This document shows, piece by piece, positions 9,899-18,846 of a stretch of 64,000 bases of DNA; positions within the stretch are counted from its first letter, which is position 1, and each line of letters begins with the position of its first letter. A program made the translations under genes and the position numbers. The notes below the pieces were generated by a model. That model saw only the letters and a list, made by a program, of their open reading frames with translations. It ran no database searches and was not told the origin of the DNA. Origin of the DNA: an uncultured Paraprevotella sp. (GTDB lineage: Bacteria > Bacteroidota > Bacteroidia > Bacteroidales > Bacteroidaceae); the NCBI GenBank assembly GCA_947177395.1, contig CAMWUI010000013.1, positions 305 through 64,304 on the forward strand, in the 5' to 3' direction.

Positions 9899-10504
9899 TT
9901 ATTTCTTTGCGTAGAGAATGGGATTGGTGTCAGGATCGTTGTACATCTTCATCTGCTTGTATACTTTCATATACTTGCGTCCGGCTTCAATGTCCGCCAG
10001 CAGTTGGTCTATGGCGGTGGACAAGTCTTTTTGCTGCTCCAGAAGGACATCCAGTTTGGCTTGGCATTGTGCCTTGTGCGCTTCTGTGGCGTCTGCACGC
10101 TCGGTTTGTTCGCGCATGTGGTAAATCTTCAGAGCAAGAATGGACAGGCGGTCTACGGCCCAAGCCGGACTTTCTGTGTTGATGGTGGCGTCGGCGGTGG
10201 GAATGATGTCCTTGTACTTTGTGTAGAAATAACTGTCGATGAGTTCCACCAGATCCGTGCGGTCCTGGTTGCTCTTGTCGATTCTTCTTTTCAGAACAAG
10301 AGCTTCGGCCGGGTCGATGTTCGGATCGCGTATGATGTCTTCGAAATGCCACTGTACCGTGTCGATCCAGTTTTTCAGATAAAGATCATGTTCGATGGTT
10401 TTCTCGGGATAAGGATTCCGTATCGGCGTGTCCACATTGTCCGTACGGTGGTAATCTCTGATAACCTCCATGAAAATAGGGTTGCATATATCCGTAAATG
10501 TCAT
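9899..10504 (-). CDS. DUF4254 family protein
   Basis: WIDTVQWHFEDIIR, TESPAWAVDRLSIL, KQMKMYND recalled as DUF4254 signatures; usual neighbour of GT9 genes in Bacteroidales. Confidence 0.8.
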   Translation of the reverse strand: MTFTDICNPIFMEVIRDYHRTDNVDTPIRNPYPEKTIEHDLYLKNWIDTVQWHFEDIIRDPNIDPAEALVLKRRIDKSNQDRTDLVELIDSYFYTKYKDIIPTADATINTESPAWAVDRLSILALKIYHMREQTERADATEAHKAQCQAKLDVLLEQQKDLSTAIDQLLADIEAGRKYMKVYKQMKMYNDPDTNPILYAKK

Positions 10505-10596
10505 AGCCTTTTAATTTAATGATATAGATGCAAAACTAAACAAACTTTTTTGAATGACCAATAAATATGTGGGAAAAAGTAGTTACCTTTGTTCTT

Positions 10597-11640
10597 ATGA
10601 AAGTTGTGGCAGATGATAAGATTCCTTTTATTCGGGAGGCCTTGTCCCGTATAGCGGACGAAGTCGTCTATCTTCCCGGACAGCAGATATCGGCGGAGGA
10701 CGTGAGGGATGCGGATGCGCTGATTGTCCGTACCCGTACCCGTTGCGACCGTGCTTTGCTGGAGGGAAGTGCGGTGCGTTTCATAGCGACGGCTACCATC
10801 GGGTATGACCATTTGGATACGGTTTATCTCAAAGAAGCGGGGATAGAATGGCGTAATTGCCCAGGGTGCAATGCCACTTCGGTCGGGCAATATGTCCGTT
10901 CCTGTCTTTTGTTGTTGCAGCGCGAAAAGGGGATGTGCCTGCCGGATACGACGATCGGACTGATTGGAGTGGGGCATGTGGGTACGGCTGTCCGGGACGC
11001 TGTCACTCCCTTGGGTGTACGTGTCCTTCTCAATGACCCGCCGCGGGAGGAAAAGGAGAAGAAAGGTATGCTACCGGTTTCCGGTAATGACTACCGTCCC
11101 TTGTCTGAATTGATGGAGCGGTGCGACATCCTGTCTTTCCATACCCCGCTGACTGTTGACGGTCCTTTCCCTACGTATCATTTGGCCGGAGACACCTTTT
11201 TTCATAAGTTGGCGAAAGCTCCCGTGCTGATTAATGCCAGCCGCGGAGAAGTGGTGGACACGGCGGCGCTTCTGGCGGCTCTGGAGGATGGGCGGGTGTG
11301 TGAGGCTATCATTGACACTTGGGAGAACGAGCCTGATATATCCCGTTCCTTATTATATAAGGTATATATAGGTACTCCGCATGTGGCCGGTTATTCGGCC
11401 GACGGGAAAGCAAATGCCACCCGCATGGCCTTGCAGGCTGTTTGTGACTATTTTTCTCTTCCGGCGGATTTCTCTATCGAGCCTCCGGCTCTTCCGTCTG
11501 AATTCTGTCCTTCGGCAGACGCGGATACGCTGGCACTACAGTTATACAATCCTTTGGAGGACAGCGGACGTCTGAAAGCCGACCCTTCTTGTTTTGAAGA
11601 ATTGCGCGGGCATTATCCCTTGCGTCGGGAAACGATATAG
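10597..11640 (+). CDS. pdxB: 4-phosphoerythronate dehydrogenase
   Basis: MKVVADDKIP, ATATIGYDHLD, GCNATSV, GVGHVG, FHTPL, TPHVAGYS. Confidence 0.92.
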   Translation: MKVVADDKIPFIREALSRIADEVVYLPGQQISAEDVRDADALIVRTRTRCDRALLEGSAVRFIATATIGYDHLDTVYLKEAGIEWRNCPGCNATSVGQYVRSCLLLLQREKGMCLPDTTIGLIGVGHVGTAVRDAVTPLGVRVLLNDPPREEKEKKGMLPVSGNDYRPLSELMERCDILSFHTPLTVDGPFPTYHLAGDTFFHKLAKAPVLINASRGEVVDTAALLAALEDGRVCEAIIDTWENEPDISRSLLYKVYIGTPHVAGYSADGKANATRMALQAVCDYFSLPADFSIEPPALPSEFCPSADADTLALQLYNPLEDSGRLKADPSCFEELRGHYPLRRETI

Positions 11641-11797
11641 GTGTTGTCTGGGCTTTTTGTTTTTGCACACTGCGTATCCGAGTGTGCAAAAATAATGAAA
11701 TTATTTACTTGATTTCTTGCATAAGAGAATAAAATGTAGTTCCTTTGCACCGAGAAAAAAGAGATATTTGTCTAATTATAATTAAAAACTTACGATT

Positions 11798-12034
11798 ATG
11801 TCAGAAATTGAATCAAAAGTAAAAGCTATCATCGTTGATAAACTGGGTGTAGACGAAGCTGAAGTTGTTGCAACTGCAAGCTTTACGAACGATCTGGGTG
11901 CTGACTCTTTGGATACGGTAGAGTTGATCATGGAATTTGAAAAGGCATTCAGCATCAGCATTCCTGATGATGAAGCTGAAAAGATTGCCACTGTAGGCGA
12001 TGCTGTCGCTTATATTGAAGCTAATCAGAAATAA
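11798..12034 (+). CDS. acpP: Acyl carrier protein
   Basis: [14 protein letters not shown] phosphopantetheine site. Confidence 0.97.
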   Translation: MSEIESKVKAIIVDKLGVDEAEVVATASFTNDLGADSLDTVELIMEFEKAFSISIPDDEAEKIATVGDAVAYIEANQK

Positions 12035-12057
12035 TATTCTCCTCCATATATAGGATA

Positions 12058-13323
12058 ATGGAATTAAAGAGAGTGGTAGTAACCGGTATCGGGGCTGTTA
12101 CTCCGTTGGGCAATACGGCCGAGGAAACTTGGAAGAATATGCTGGCGGGGGTGAGCGGAGCCGGACCGATTACGCATTTCGATGCATCTTTGTTCAAGAC
12201 GCAGTTCGCTTGTGAGGTGAAGAATTTCAATGTGGCCGATTATTTCGATCGCAAGGAAGCCCGTAAGATGGACTTGTATACGCAGTATGCGATTGCTGCG
12301 GCAAAGATGGCTGTCGAAGATTCTGCAATGGATCTGGAAACCATGAACAAAAACCGTATCGGTGTCGTATATGGCGTCGGTATCGGCGGTATCCATACAT
12401 TTGAAGAAGAAGCCGGTGCGTATGCACTCACGGGAAAGGAACTCGGACCGAAATATAATCCGTTCTTTATTCCCAAGATGATTGCGGATATCGCAGCCGG
12501 TCACATCTCCATCATGTATGGGTTCCACGGTCCCAACTATTGTACGACTTCTGCATGCGCCTCTTCGACCAATGCGCTGGCCGATGCGTTCAACCTGATC
12601 CGGTTGGGCAAGGCTGACATTGTATTGGGCGGTGGTGCCGAGGCGGCAATTTGGCCGGCCGGTGTGGGTGGTTTCAATGCTATGAAAGCCCTTTCTACCC
12701 GTAACGACGACCCGACTCATGCTTCACGTCCGTTCAGCGCCAGCCGCGACGGTTTCATTATGGGTGAAGGTGCCGGATGTCTAATACTGGAAGAATTGGA
12801 ACATGCCAAAGCCCGCGGAGCCAAGATTTATGCCGAAATGGTAGGTGCAGGTATGTCGGCGGATGCTCATCATATCACGGCTTCTCATCCCGAGGGCCTG
12901 GGAGCCAAGTTGGTGATGACGAACGCGCTGGAAGATGCAGGCATGAAGCCGGAGGATATCGATTATATCAACGTGCACGGTACTTCCACGCACGTGGGTG
13001 ATATCTCCGAGGCCAAGGCTATCAAGGAACTTTTCGGCGAGCATGCCTACAAGTTGAACATCAGTTCGACGAAGTCTATGACCGGTCACCTTCTGGGTGC
13101 TGCCGGTGCCGTAGAGGCTATGGCCAGTGTGCTGGCTGTCAAGAACGATGTGGTTCCTCCTACGATCAACCACGAAGAGGACGACAAGGATGAAGAGATT
13201 GATTACAATCTGAACTTTACATTCAACGCCGCCCAGAAACGTACGGTGCGTGCAGCTTTGAGCAACACGTTCGGTTTCGGAGGACACAATGCTTGTGTAA
13301 TCTTTAAGAAATACGAGGACTAA
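12058..13323 (+). CDS. fabF: 3-oxoacyl-ACP synthase II
   Basis: RVVVTGIG, TSACASS, HGTST, KSMTGHLLGAAG, NTFGFGGHN. Confidence 0.96.
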   Translation: MELKRVVVTGIGAVTPLGNTAEETWKNMLAGVSGAGPITHFDASLFKTQFACEVKNFNVADYFDRKEARKMDLYTQYAIAAAKMAVEDSAMDLETMNKNRIGVVYGVGIGGIHTFEEEAGAYALTGKELGPKYNPFFIPKMIADIAAGHISIMYGFHGPNYCTTSACASSTNALADAFNLIRLGKADIVLGGGAEAAIWPAGVGGFNAMKALSTRNDDPTHASRPFSASRDGFIMGEGAGCLILEELEHAKARGAKIYAEMVGAGMSADAHHITASHPEGLGAKLVMTNALEDAGMKPEDIDYINVHGTSTHVGDISEAKAIKELFGEHAYKLNISSTKSMTGHLLGAAGAVEAMASVLAVKNDVVPPTINHEEDDKDEEIDYNLNFTFNAAQKRTVRAALSNTFGFGGHNACVIFKKYED

Positions 13324-13326
13324 ATC

Positions 13327-14397
13327 GTGTTTCCGAGAGAAATAATAGAAAGAATAAGGCTCTCTTTCCGTAAGGATAAAGAGCTTTATTCTTCTTTTTA
13401 TAGGATATTGGGCTTCTATCCCCGTAACATAAACCTCTATAAACAAGCTTTATTGCACAAGTCTTCTTCTGTTAAGGGGGAGAAAGGGCGTTGGGTGAAT
13501 AACGAACGCCTGGAGTTTCTGGGGGATGCTGTCCTTGATTCTATTGTAGGGGATATTGTATACCGGCATTTTGAAGGTAAGCGCGAAGGTTTTCTGACGA
13601 ACACTCGCAGTAAGATCGTGCAGCGCGAGTCGTTGAACCGTATTGCCGTGGAGATAGGTCTGGACAAGTTGATTAAATCTTCCGCTCGTTCCTCTGCCCA
13701 TAACAGCTATATGTGCGGTAATGCTTTCGAAGCCCTTGTGGGAGCAGTCTATCTGGATCGGGGGTATGATTACTGCATGCGTTTTATGTCCTGCCGCATT
13801 CTTCAGTCTTTGATTAATATCGACAAGGTAGCTTATAAGGAAGTGAACTTTAAGAGCAAACTGATAGAATGGGGGCAGAAGAACCGGGTAGACGTCGAGT
13901 TCCGGTTGCTGGAGCAGACCATGGAAGGAAACGGAACTCCTGTGTTCAATACGGAAGTGGTGATAGAAGGTGTCGGTTGTGGCACTGGTAAGGGTTATTC
14001 CAAAAAAGAAAGTCAGCAATTGGCTGCAAAGATGACATTGACCCAGCTCAAGAAGAAGTCCGATTTACTGGCTTCTATATTTGCCCGCAAGGAAGAAAGG
14101 ACAGCACAGGAAGAAACCTCAGTGGTGCTGGTGCCCGAAATGGAGGGTGGAACGGGTGCTTCTGCTGCAGTCGGTGACAATGTGGTTGATACTCCTGTAT
14201 CCAAGGGGAGCAGACGACGTGGCCGTCGGGCAAAGACGGCTAAGGAGGCTTTGAAGAAGGTTTCGGCAAAAGAAAAAGAAACGGTCCGGGATAACGATGA
14301 TATGGACCTTTCGGATATTAAGGTTCAGCCCAAAGAACTTGTGAAAGATGATATTATTGCGGCAGCCGAGGAAGCCGCTTTCCGAATGGCGGACTGA
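13327..14397 (+). CDS. rnc: Ribonuclease III with long C-terminal extension
   Basis: NERLEFLGDAVL signature, GNAFEALVGAVYLD, dsRBD NFKSKLIEW..SKKESQQ. Confidence 0.93.
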   Translation: MFPREIIERIRLSFRKDKELYSSFYRILGFYPRNINLYKQALLHKSSSVKGEKGRWVNNERLEFLGDAVLDSIVGDIVYRHFEGKREGFLTNTRSKIVQRESLNRIAVEIGLDKLIKSSARSSAHNSYMCGNAFEALVGAVYLDRGYDYCMRFMSCRILQSLINIDKVAYKEVNFKSKLIEWGQKNRVDVEFRLLEQTMEGNGTPVFNTEVVIEGVGCGTGKGYSKKESQQLAAKMTLTQLKKKSDLLASIFARKEERTAQEETSVVLVPEMEGGTGASAAVGDNVVDTPVSKGSRRRGRRAKTAKEALKKVSAKEKETVRDNDDMDLSDIKVQPKELVKDDIIAAAEEAAFRMAD

Positions 14398-14413
14398 CGA
14401 TCCCCTTTTGTAG

Positions 14414-14485
14414 TACCCCCGTTGAGAATCGAACTCAAATTTACGGTTTAGGAAACCGTCGTTCTATCCGTTGAACTACAAGGGC
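14414..14485 (-). tRNA. tRNA-Arg(CCT)
   Basis: Reverse complement GCCCTTGTAGTTCAACGGATAGAACGACGGTTTCCTAAACCGTAAATTTGAGTTCGATTCTCAACGGGGGTA folds as a cloverleaf with anticodon CCT; CCA not encoded; TACCTTTG promoter box at 14499-14506. Confidence 0.92.
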
Positions 14486-14549
14486 GGAGAATCGGGTACA
14501 AAGGTAGGTACTTTTTGTGGATTATAAAATGGCTATACTGAAAATCTTT

Positions 14550-15674
14550 TCAGGAAGTTGGAAGTTCCGTACTTTTTTCTGGACGGCGATGGGTTTGCAG
14601 GTAGTTGTCAAGCGAGGTGCCTTCCATGCGTTCGAAACAGCTTCTGGCTGTTTTGACAGAACCGAATCCGGCATTCAAGCAATCGTTCAGGCAGGAGATG
14701 TTGCCGGTGCGGATGCCTTTTTTTAATTCGTTGATACGGTACGAGTTGATGTAGTCGTGGATGTTGTTATATCCCTGGCTACGCAGGCATTGAAGCATCA
14801 GGTGCCGGTTGATGCCCGTTACTTCGCACAGTCGGTCGCGGCCGAAAGTGTTGTCTGTCCATTCCCGTTCGTTCTGCATGAAATATTCGGTACGTTGAAA
14901 CCGTTGGAGGTTGGCAGCGTTGAAGTCTTCTTTTTCTACTTGTTCGATGACTTTCGGCTCCGGAGCCTGATTCACTTCTTTGATTTCGGGCTTCGGCAAA
15001 CGGAGAGCCATGGTTTCCAAGGTGCGGTAGAACATGTACATGTTTAGGACCGTAAAAACATAGATATAGATGAGGAGCAGGGTCATGTTGAAAAACACCG
15101 TGACAAGCACGTAGTATATGGTAGCCAGTCCCATGGCCGTGCCATATCCTTTGATAAATCGGGGCAAATTGATGTTTTTCACTAAGGAGTGGGGCAAGCG
15201 GTAGATGTTGATGATGTAATAAATGGAAAGTCCCAGTGCCAAAAAGCGCAACAGAATATCGCCGTTGAGCAGATGGGTGGGCAGTTCGGCTACATGTTGC
15301 AGGATGACAGGGCGGCTGCCTGATACTAATCCGATGAGATAGGTGATAAGAAGCAGGATAGCCGGTGTGGCATACTTCCACATGCGACCCCATTGCAGGT
15401 AGCCCGGCATATTGATGCCCAGCGTCCAGATACTTTGCAGATAAGACGTGGCAACCAGTATCAGTAGCATGACGGGATGAAGAAGCCCGATGGTTCCCGG
15501 CTGATAGACAAACGAGAAGGGGGTTGCGATGGCAAAGCTGAGGCCGAAAATACATAAGACCCATCCCAAAGATAAGTATTCCACTCTGTGGCGGGAGTAG
15601 AGAAACATTACGCTGGCCATCATCAGGTGGATAATGGCGCAGGAAACCAATGTGAGTAACAGAATTGTCTGCAT
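14550..15674 (-). CDS. Membrane-anchored (about 7 TM) AraC-type transcriptional regulator
   Basis: About 7 hydrophobic segments in the N-terminal 220 aa; C-terminal GINRHLML..DYINSYRI..AGFGSVKTARSCF AraC-like HTH; TATATTTG box at 15683-15690 supports start at 15674. Confidence 0.75.
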   Translation of the reverse strand: MQTILLLTLVSCAIIHLMMASVMFLYSRHRVEYLSLGWVLCIFGLSFAIATPFSFVYQPGTIGLLHPVMLLILVATSYLQSIWTLGINMPGYLQWGRMWKYATPAILLLITYLIGLVSGSRPVILQHVAELPTHLLNGDILLRFLALGLSIYYIINIYRLPHSLVKNINLPRFIKGYGTAMGLATIYYVLVTVFFNMTLLLIYIYVFTVLNMYMFYRTLETMALRLPKPEIKEVNQAPEPKVIEQVEKEDFNAANLQRFQRTEYFMQNEREWTDNTFGRDRLCEVTGINRHLMLQCLRSQGYNNIHDYINSYRINELKKGIRTGNISCLNDCLNAGFGSVKTARSCFERMEGTSLDNYLQTHRRPEKSTELPTS

Positions 15675-15854
15675 AATCGGAACAAATATAATCATTTTTG
15701 TTTGTAAACTCAATCCGGAGGATAATTTAATTGTTTTTTCATAGTGATAATAGCGTTTAATTATAAACTTTTCAATATATTTGTACGATAGAGGAGATGC
15801 ATGCTCTCTTGATGCTGATTCTCAATATATAAGAGTTTTAATTAATTAAATTAT

Positions 15855-18530
15855 ATGCTTATGAAAATGATGTTTACTAAATTAAAAGTGTTTATGCTCC
15901 TGGCAGTCTGTGCTTGTGGGTTGGGGGCAAAAGCGGAAGTATTGGCTTCTGGTGATTTTAACACATTACCGAATTTCAGCTATGCTGCAGATAAGGAATT
16001 GACGGTTGGGGAAGACAGTTGGATGATTAGTTATGGCCAGAGGAATAGTGGCGTTTTTTATTTGGGTTTTAATAAAACTTATACACTGAGCAGTAAGTGG
16101 GACGATGTAAAGGCTGCTATGTCTAAACATGGTAAAACGACAACCCATGTTGCCCGGTTGAAGAAGACGTTGCTTAATGTGTCGAATATCAAGATTGATT
16201 GGGCTGGAGGTAATTTGGATTTTTCTGTTTATTTGTTGGGAAAAAAGGTTGGCACAGAGGAATTTGAACTGTTAGCTGAAGCAACGGCAGCAAATGGGTC
16301 AACCATCGCTGGTAGTGTGGAAGCTACATTGACCCCGGCATCGTTTGATGAAATAGTATTAGTTGCTAGTGGAAATAATTCAAAGTCAACGTTACGACTG
16401 ACTACGTATCAAATTGATGGAGTAGACGTTGTTTCTTCCGTTGCCGCTCCTGCAATATCACTTCCTACGGGTGACTATATCGGCGAACAAACGGTAGCGA
16501 TTACGGCGGAAGAAGGTGCTTCTATCTATTATACGACGGACGGTGAAACGCCTACGGTTGAATCCATAGTTTATACGGCGCCGTTTACAGTAAGCGAAAC
16601 GACCACGATTAAGGCTATTGCCGTGAAAGGCGGCGAAAGCAGTTCGGTGGCTACTTCTGTGATTACAATTATGCCGGAAGTGAAAACGATTGCAGAGTTC
16701 ATAGCTTTAGGTAAAGGAGTGTCTGCTGCGTTGACTCTGACGGATGCAGTTGTCACGGCTAAAAATAGTACGAATGTTTATATTCAGGATGCTACCGGTG
16801 GACTCATATTCTACAACCCAGTTCCTGAATGCAACATAGGGGACAAGGTTTCCGGAACAATCATCGGTGAATATGAAATTTATAATAATTCACACGAATT
16901 GGTTAAGGGCGATTTCTCCGGCGCAACATTTACGGCCGGTGGCGTAATGGAACCGAAGGAAGTGACTGTGGCCGAGTTGAATGCCGATCCGGATGCTTAC
17001 CACATGTTGTTGGTTACGTTGGTGGATTGTACAATTGCAGACGATATAATTTCTCAGGGAGGGAATGAGGTGAAATTCTACGATACCCTGAAACTTATGC
17101 CCTCCGACTATACTTGGCCGGCATTGTTTGACTTTACAGGTATATTCTTAAATTTCAAAGGTAATACACCGGAATTGATTGTTCGCGATATGGCTGATAT
17201 TGTGAACAAGTCTTCGTCTTCATTGGAGACTCCTGAGTTCGAATGGAGTGCGACGAGTGTTGTATATGATTTGAACGCTCCGGTTGAGTTGCCGGAATTG
17301 ACAAACACGTCAGACGGCGCTGTGACATATTCTTCTTCTAATGAAGCAGTGGCTGTTGTTGACGAAGCAGGTAACGTAACGGTTTTGACAGAGGGTACTA
17401 CGACAATTACGGCAAAGGTGGCCGAGACGGAAACTTATTCCGCCGCTTCCGCTTCTTATACGCTAGAAGTAATCAATACTCAAGTTCCGGAGGGAGGCGT
17501 TGCTTTCGTTGCTTCTATGAATGGTGTCAACTATGCTATGTCCACCGTTGTTTCTAACAAGGGTTTAGCTCCGGTTATCGTGGATGTGGTGAACGGTAAG
17601 GTTCTCAATGCGGAAAATCCGCTTCAATTAAGTTGGTACGTAAATCGCGAAAAGGGTACTATTCAGACGGCTTCTGATGAATATCTGACAGGAGGAAAGG
17701 GTAGTAACACTTATTTGACTTTGGAACAGGCTGAATGTACTTGGGACTGGGATGCTGGGAATAATGCTTATATCAATAGCAGTAAAAAACGTTCTTTCTT
17801 CTATTCAGGGACTGCTAATATCTTCAAATTCTATGCAACAAGTAATATTGGCAATACGGATTATAGCGGTTATTCCCAAATGATGACTTTTGCTAACGGA
17901 CATGTTCGTACAGGTTTGACGGAAGAGGCTTGGGGAACCATCTGTTTGCCGAACGCCGTGGCCGAAGCGGATGTGGCAGGAGCAACGTTCTATCCTGTGG
18001 CCGGAAAGGTTGTGACGGACGGCAAGGTAAGCGCTATTGTGCTGGGCGAACCTGTGACGGCATTGGAAGCCGGTGTTCCTTACGTGTTCACAGCTACCGA
18101 TACCCGCCTGTTGGCCGCTTATACCGGCGAAGCTGTGACTTCCCCCGTTGCTGTCAACGGTCTGAACGGTACCCTTGCAGCTGTTAATGCCGACAAGAAT
18201 GCAGATGATACGGAACTCAGCGGCAAATATATATTGGTGGGCGGTACATGGAAGCTGTGTGGCAAAGGATGCTCGCTGGCAGCTAACCGCGCTTATCTGG
18301 ATATGGAGGCAGTTCCCTCGTTGGCAGCCGGCACTTACGCTCTGACGATGTCTGTCTTTGACGACAATATAACTGCTATTGAGTCTGTAGATGCCGCATC
18401 TGTCGTATCGGTAGACGTATACACGGTAAGCGGTGTTCGCGTTCGCACATCCGTGCCTGCCGCACAAGCTGCGGAAGGTCTGCAGAAAGGACTCTATATT
18501 ATCAATGGAAAGAAAACTCTTGTGAAATAA
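15855..18530 (+). CDS. Large secreted multidomain surface protein (CHB_HEX_C/Fn3-associated, OB-like, Big_2 domains, Prevotella-type T9SS C-terminal tail)
   Basis: Signal peptide ..GAKA-E; IYYTTDGETPT...TTIKAIAVK; YSSSNEAVAVVDEAGNVTVLTEGTTTITAK; WGTICLP..AANRAYL; VYTVSGVRV..KGLYIINGKKTLVK. Confidence 0.8.
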   Translation: MLMKMMFTKLKVFMLLAVCACGLGAKAEVLASGDFNTLPNFSYAADKELTVGEDSWMISYGQRNSGVFYLGFNKTYTLSSKWDDVKAAMSKHGKTTTHVARLKKTLLNVSNIKIDWAGGNLDFSVYLLGKKVGTEEFELLAEATAANGSTIAGSVEATLTPASFDEIVLVASGNNSKSTLRLTTYQIDGVDVVSSVAAPAISLPTGDYIGEQTVAITAEEGASIYYTTDGETPTVESIVYTAPFTVSETTTIKAIAVKGGESSSVATSVITIMPEVKTIAEFIALGKGVSAALTLTDAVVTAKNSTNVYIQDATGGLIFYNPVPECNIGDKVSGTIIGEYEIYNNSHELVKGDFSGATFTAGGVMEPKEVTVAELNADPDAYHMLLVTLVDCTIADDIISQGGNEVKFYDTLKLMPSDYTWPALFDFTGIFLNFKGNTPELIVRDMADIVNKSSSSLETPEFEWSATSVVYDLNAPVELPELTNTSDGAVTYSSSNEAVAVVDEAGNVTVLTEGTTTITAKVAETETYSAASASYTLEVINTQVPEGGVAFVASMNGVNYAMSTVVSNKGLAPVIVDVVNGKVLNAENPLQLSWYVNREKGTIQTASDEYLTGGKGSNTYLTLEQAECTWDWDAGNNAYINSSKKRSFFYSGTANIFKFYATSNIGNTDYSGYSQMMTFANGHVRTGLTEEAWGTICLPNAVAEADVAGATFYPVAGKVVTDGKVSAIVLGEPVTALEAGVPYVFTATDTRLLAAYTGEAVTSPVAVNGLNGTLAAVNADKNADDTELSGKYILVGGTWKLCGKGCSLAANRAYLDMEAVPSLAAGTYALTMSVFDDNITAIESVDAASVVSVDVYTVSGVRVRTSVPAAQAAEGLQKGLYIINGKKTLVK

Positions 18531-18555
18531 GAAAAGTCATTTATAAGCAATGTAT

Positions 18556-18708
18556 ATGAAAAAGAAAGTATATGTGACACCTGAAACAGATGTTCTGAAA
18601 GTGCAGTTGGAAAACATGCTGGCTGCCAGCATTCCGGTTGATAATACACCCGGTGATGGATTGGAAGGCGATTCTTTTGATGACGGACTGAATATCTGGA
18701 ACAATTAA
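18556..18708 (+). CDS. Small 50-aa peptide MKKKVYVTPETDVLKVQLENMLAASIPVDNTPGDGLEGDSFDDGLNIWNN (YxxP-type leader, acidic Gly-rich core)
   Basis: Hand-translated ORF below the ORF-track cutoff; A-rich upstream region; lies between the cargo gene and a terminator hairpin; alternative in-frame ATG at 18550. Confidence 0.75.
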   Translation: MKKKVYVTPETDVLKVQLENMLAASIPVDNTPGDGLEGDSFDDGLNIWNN

Positions 18709-18730
18709 GAATTAAAGTAAGCGATAATGT

Positions 18731-18772
18731 GCGCCCGGTCTGTTAAAAAACAGGCTGGGCGTATTTCTGTTT
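18731..18772 (+). terminator. Intrinsic terminator closing the cargo+peptide unit
   Basis: gcgcccggtctgtt-aaaa-aacaggctgggcgt stem then atttctgttt. Confidence 0.7.
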
Positions 18773-18846
18773 AAAAAAATAGGCGATTTTTTTCTTTTTT
18801 ATCTAAAAATATATAACTTTGCGACAATTTGGATAACTTTGTTAGG

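Noticed and set aside
14414-14485. tRNA-Arg as an integration site for the AraC/T9SS module
   Set aside because: The tRNA 3' end abuts rnc, the module lies on its 5' side, and no integrase or duplicated tRNA end was seen
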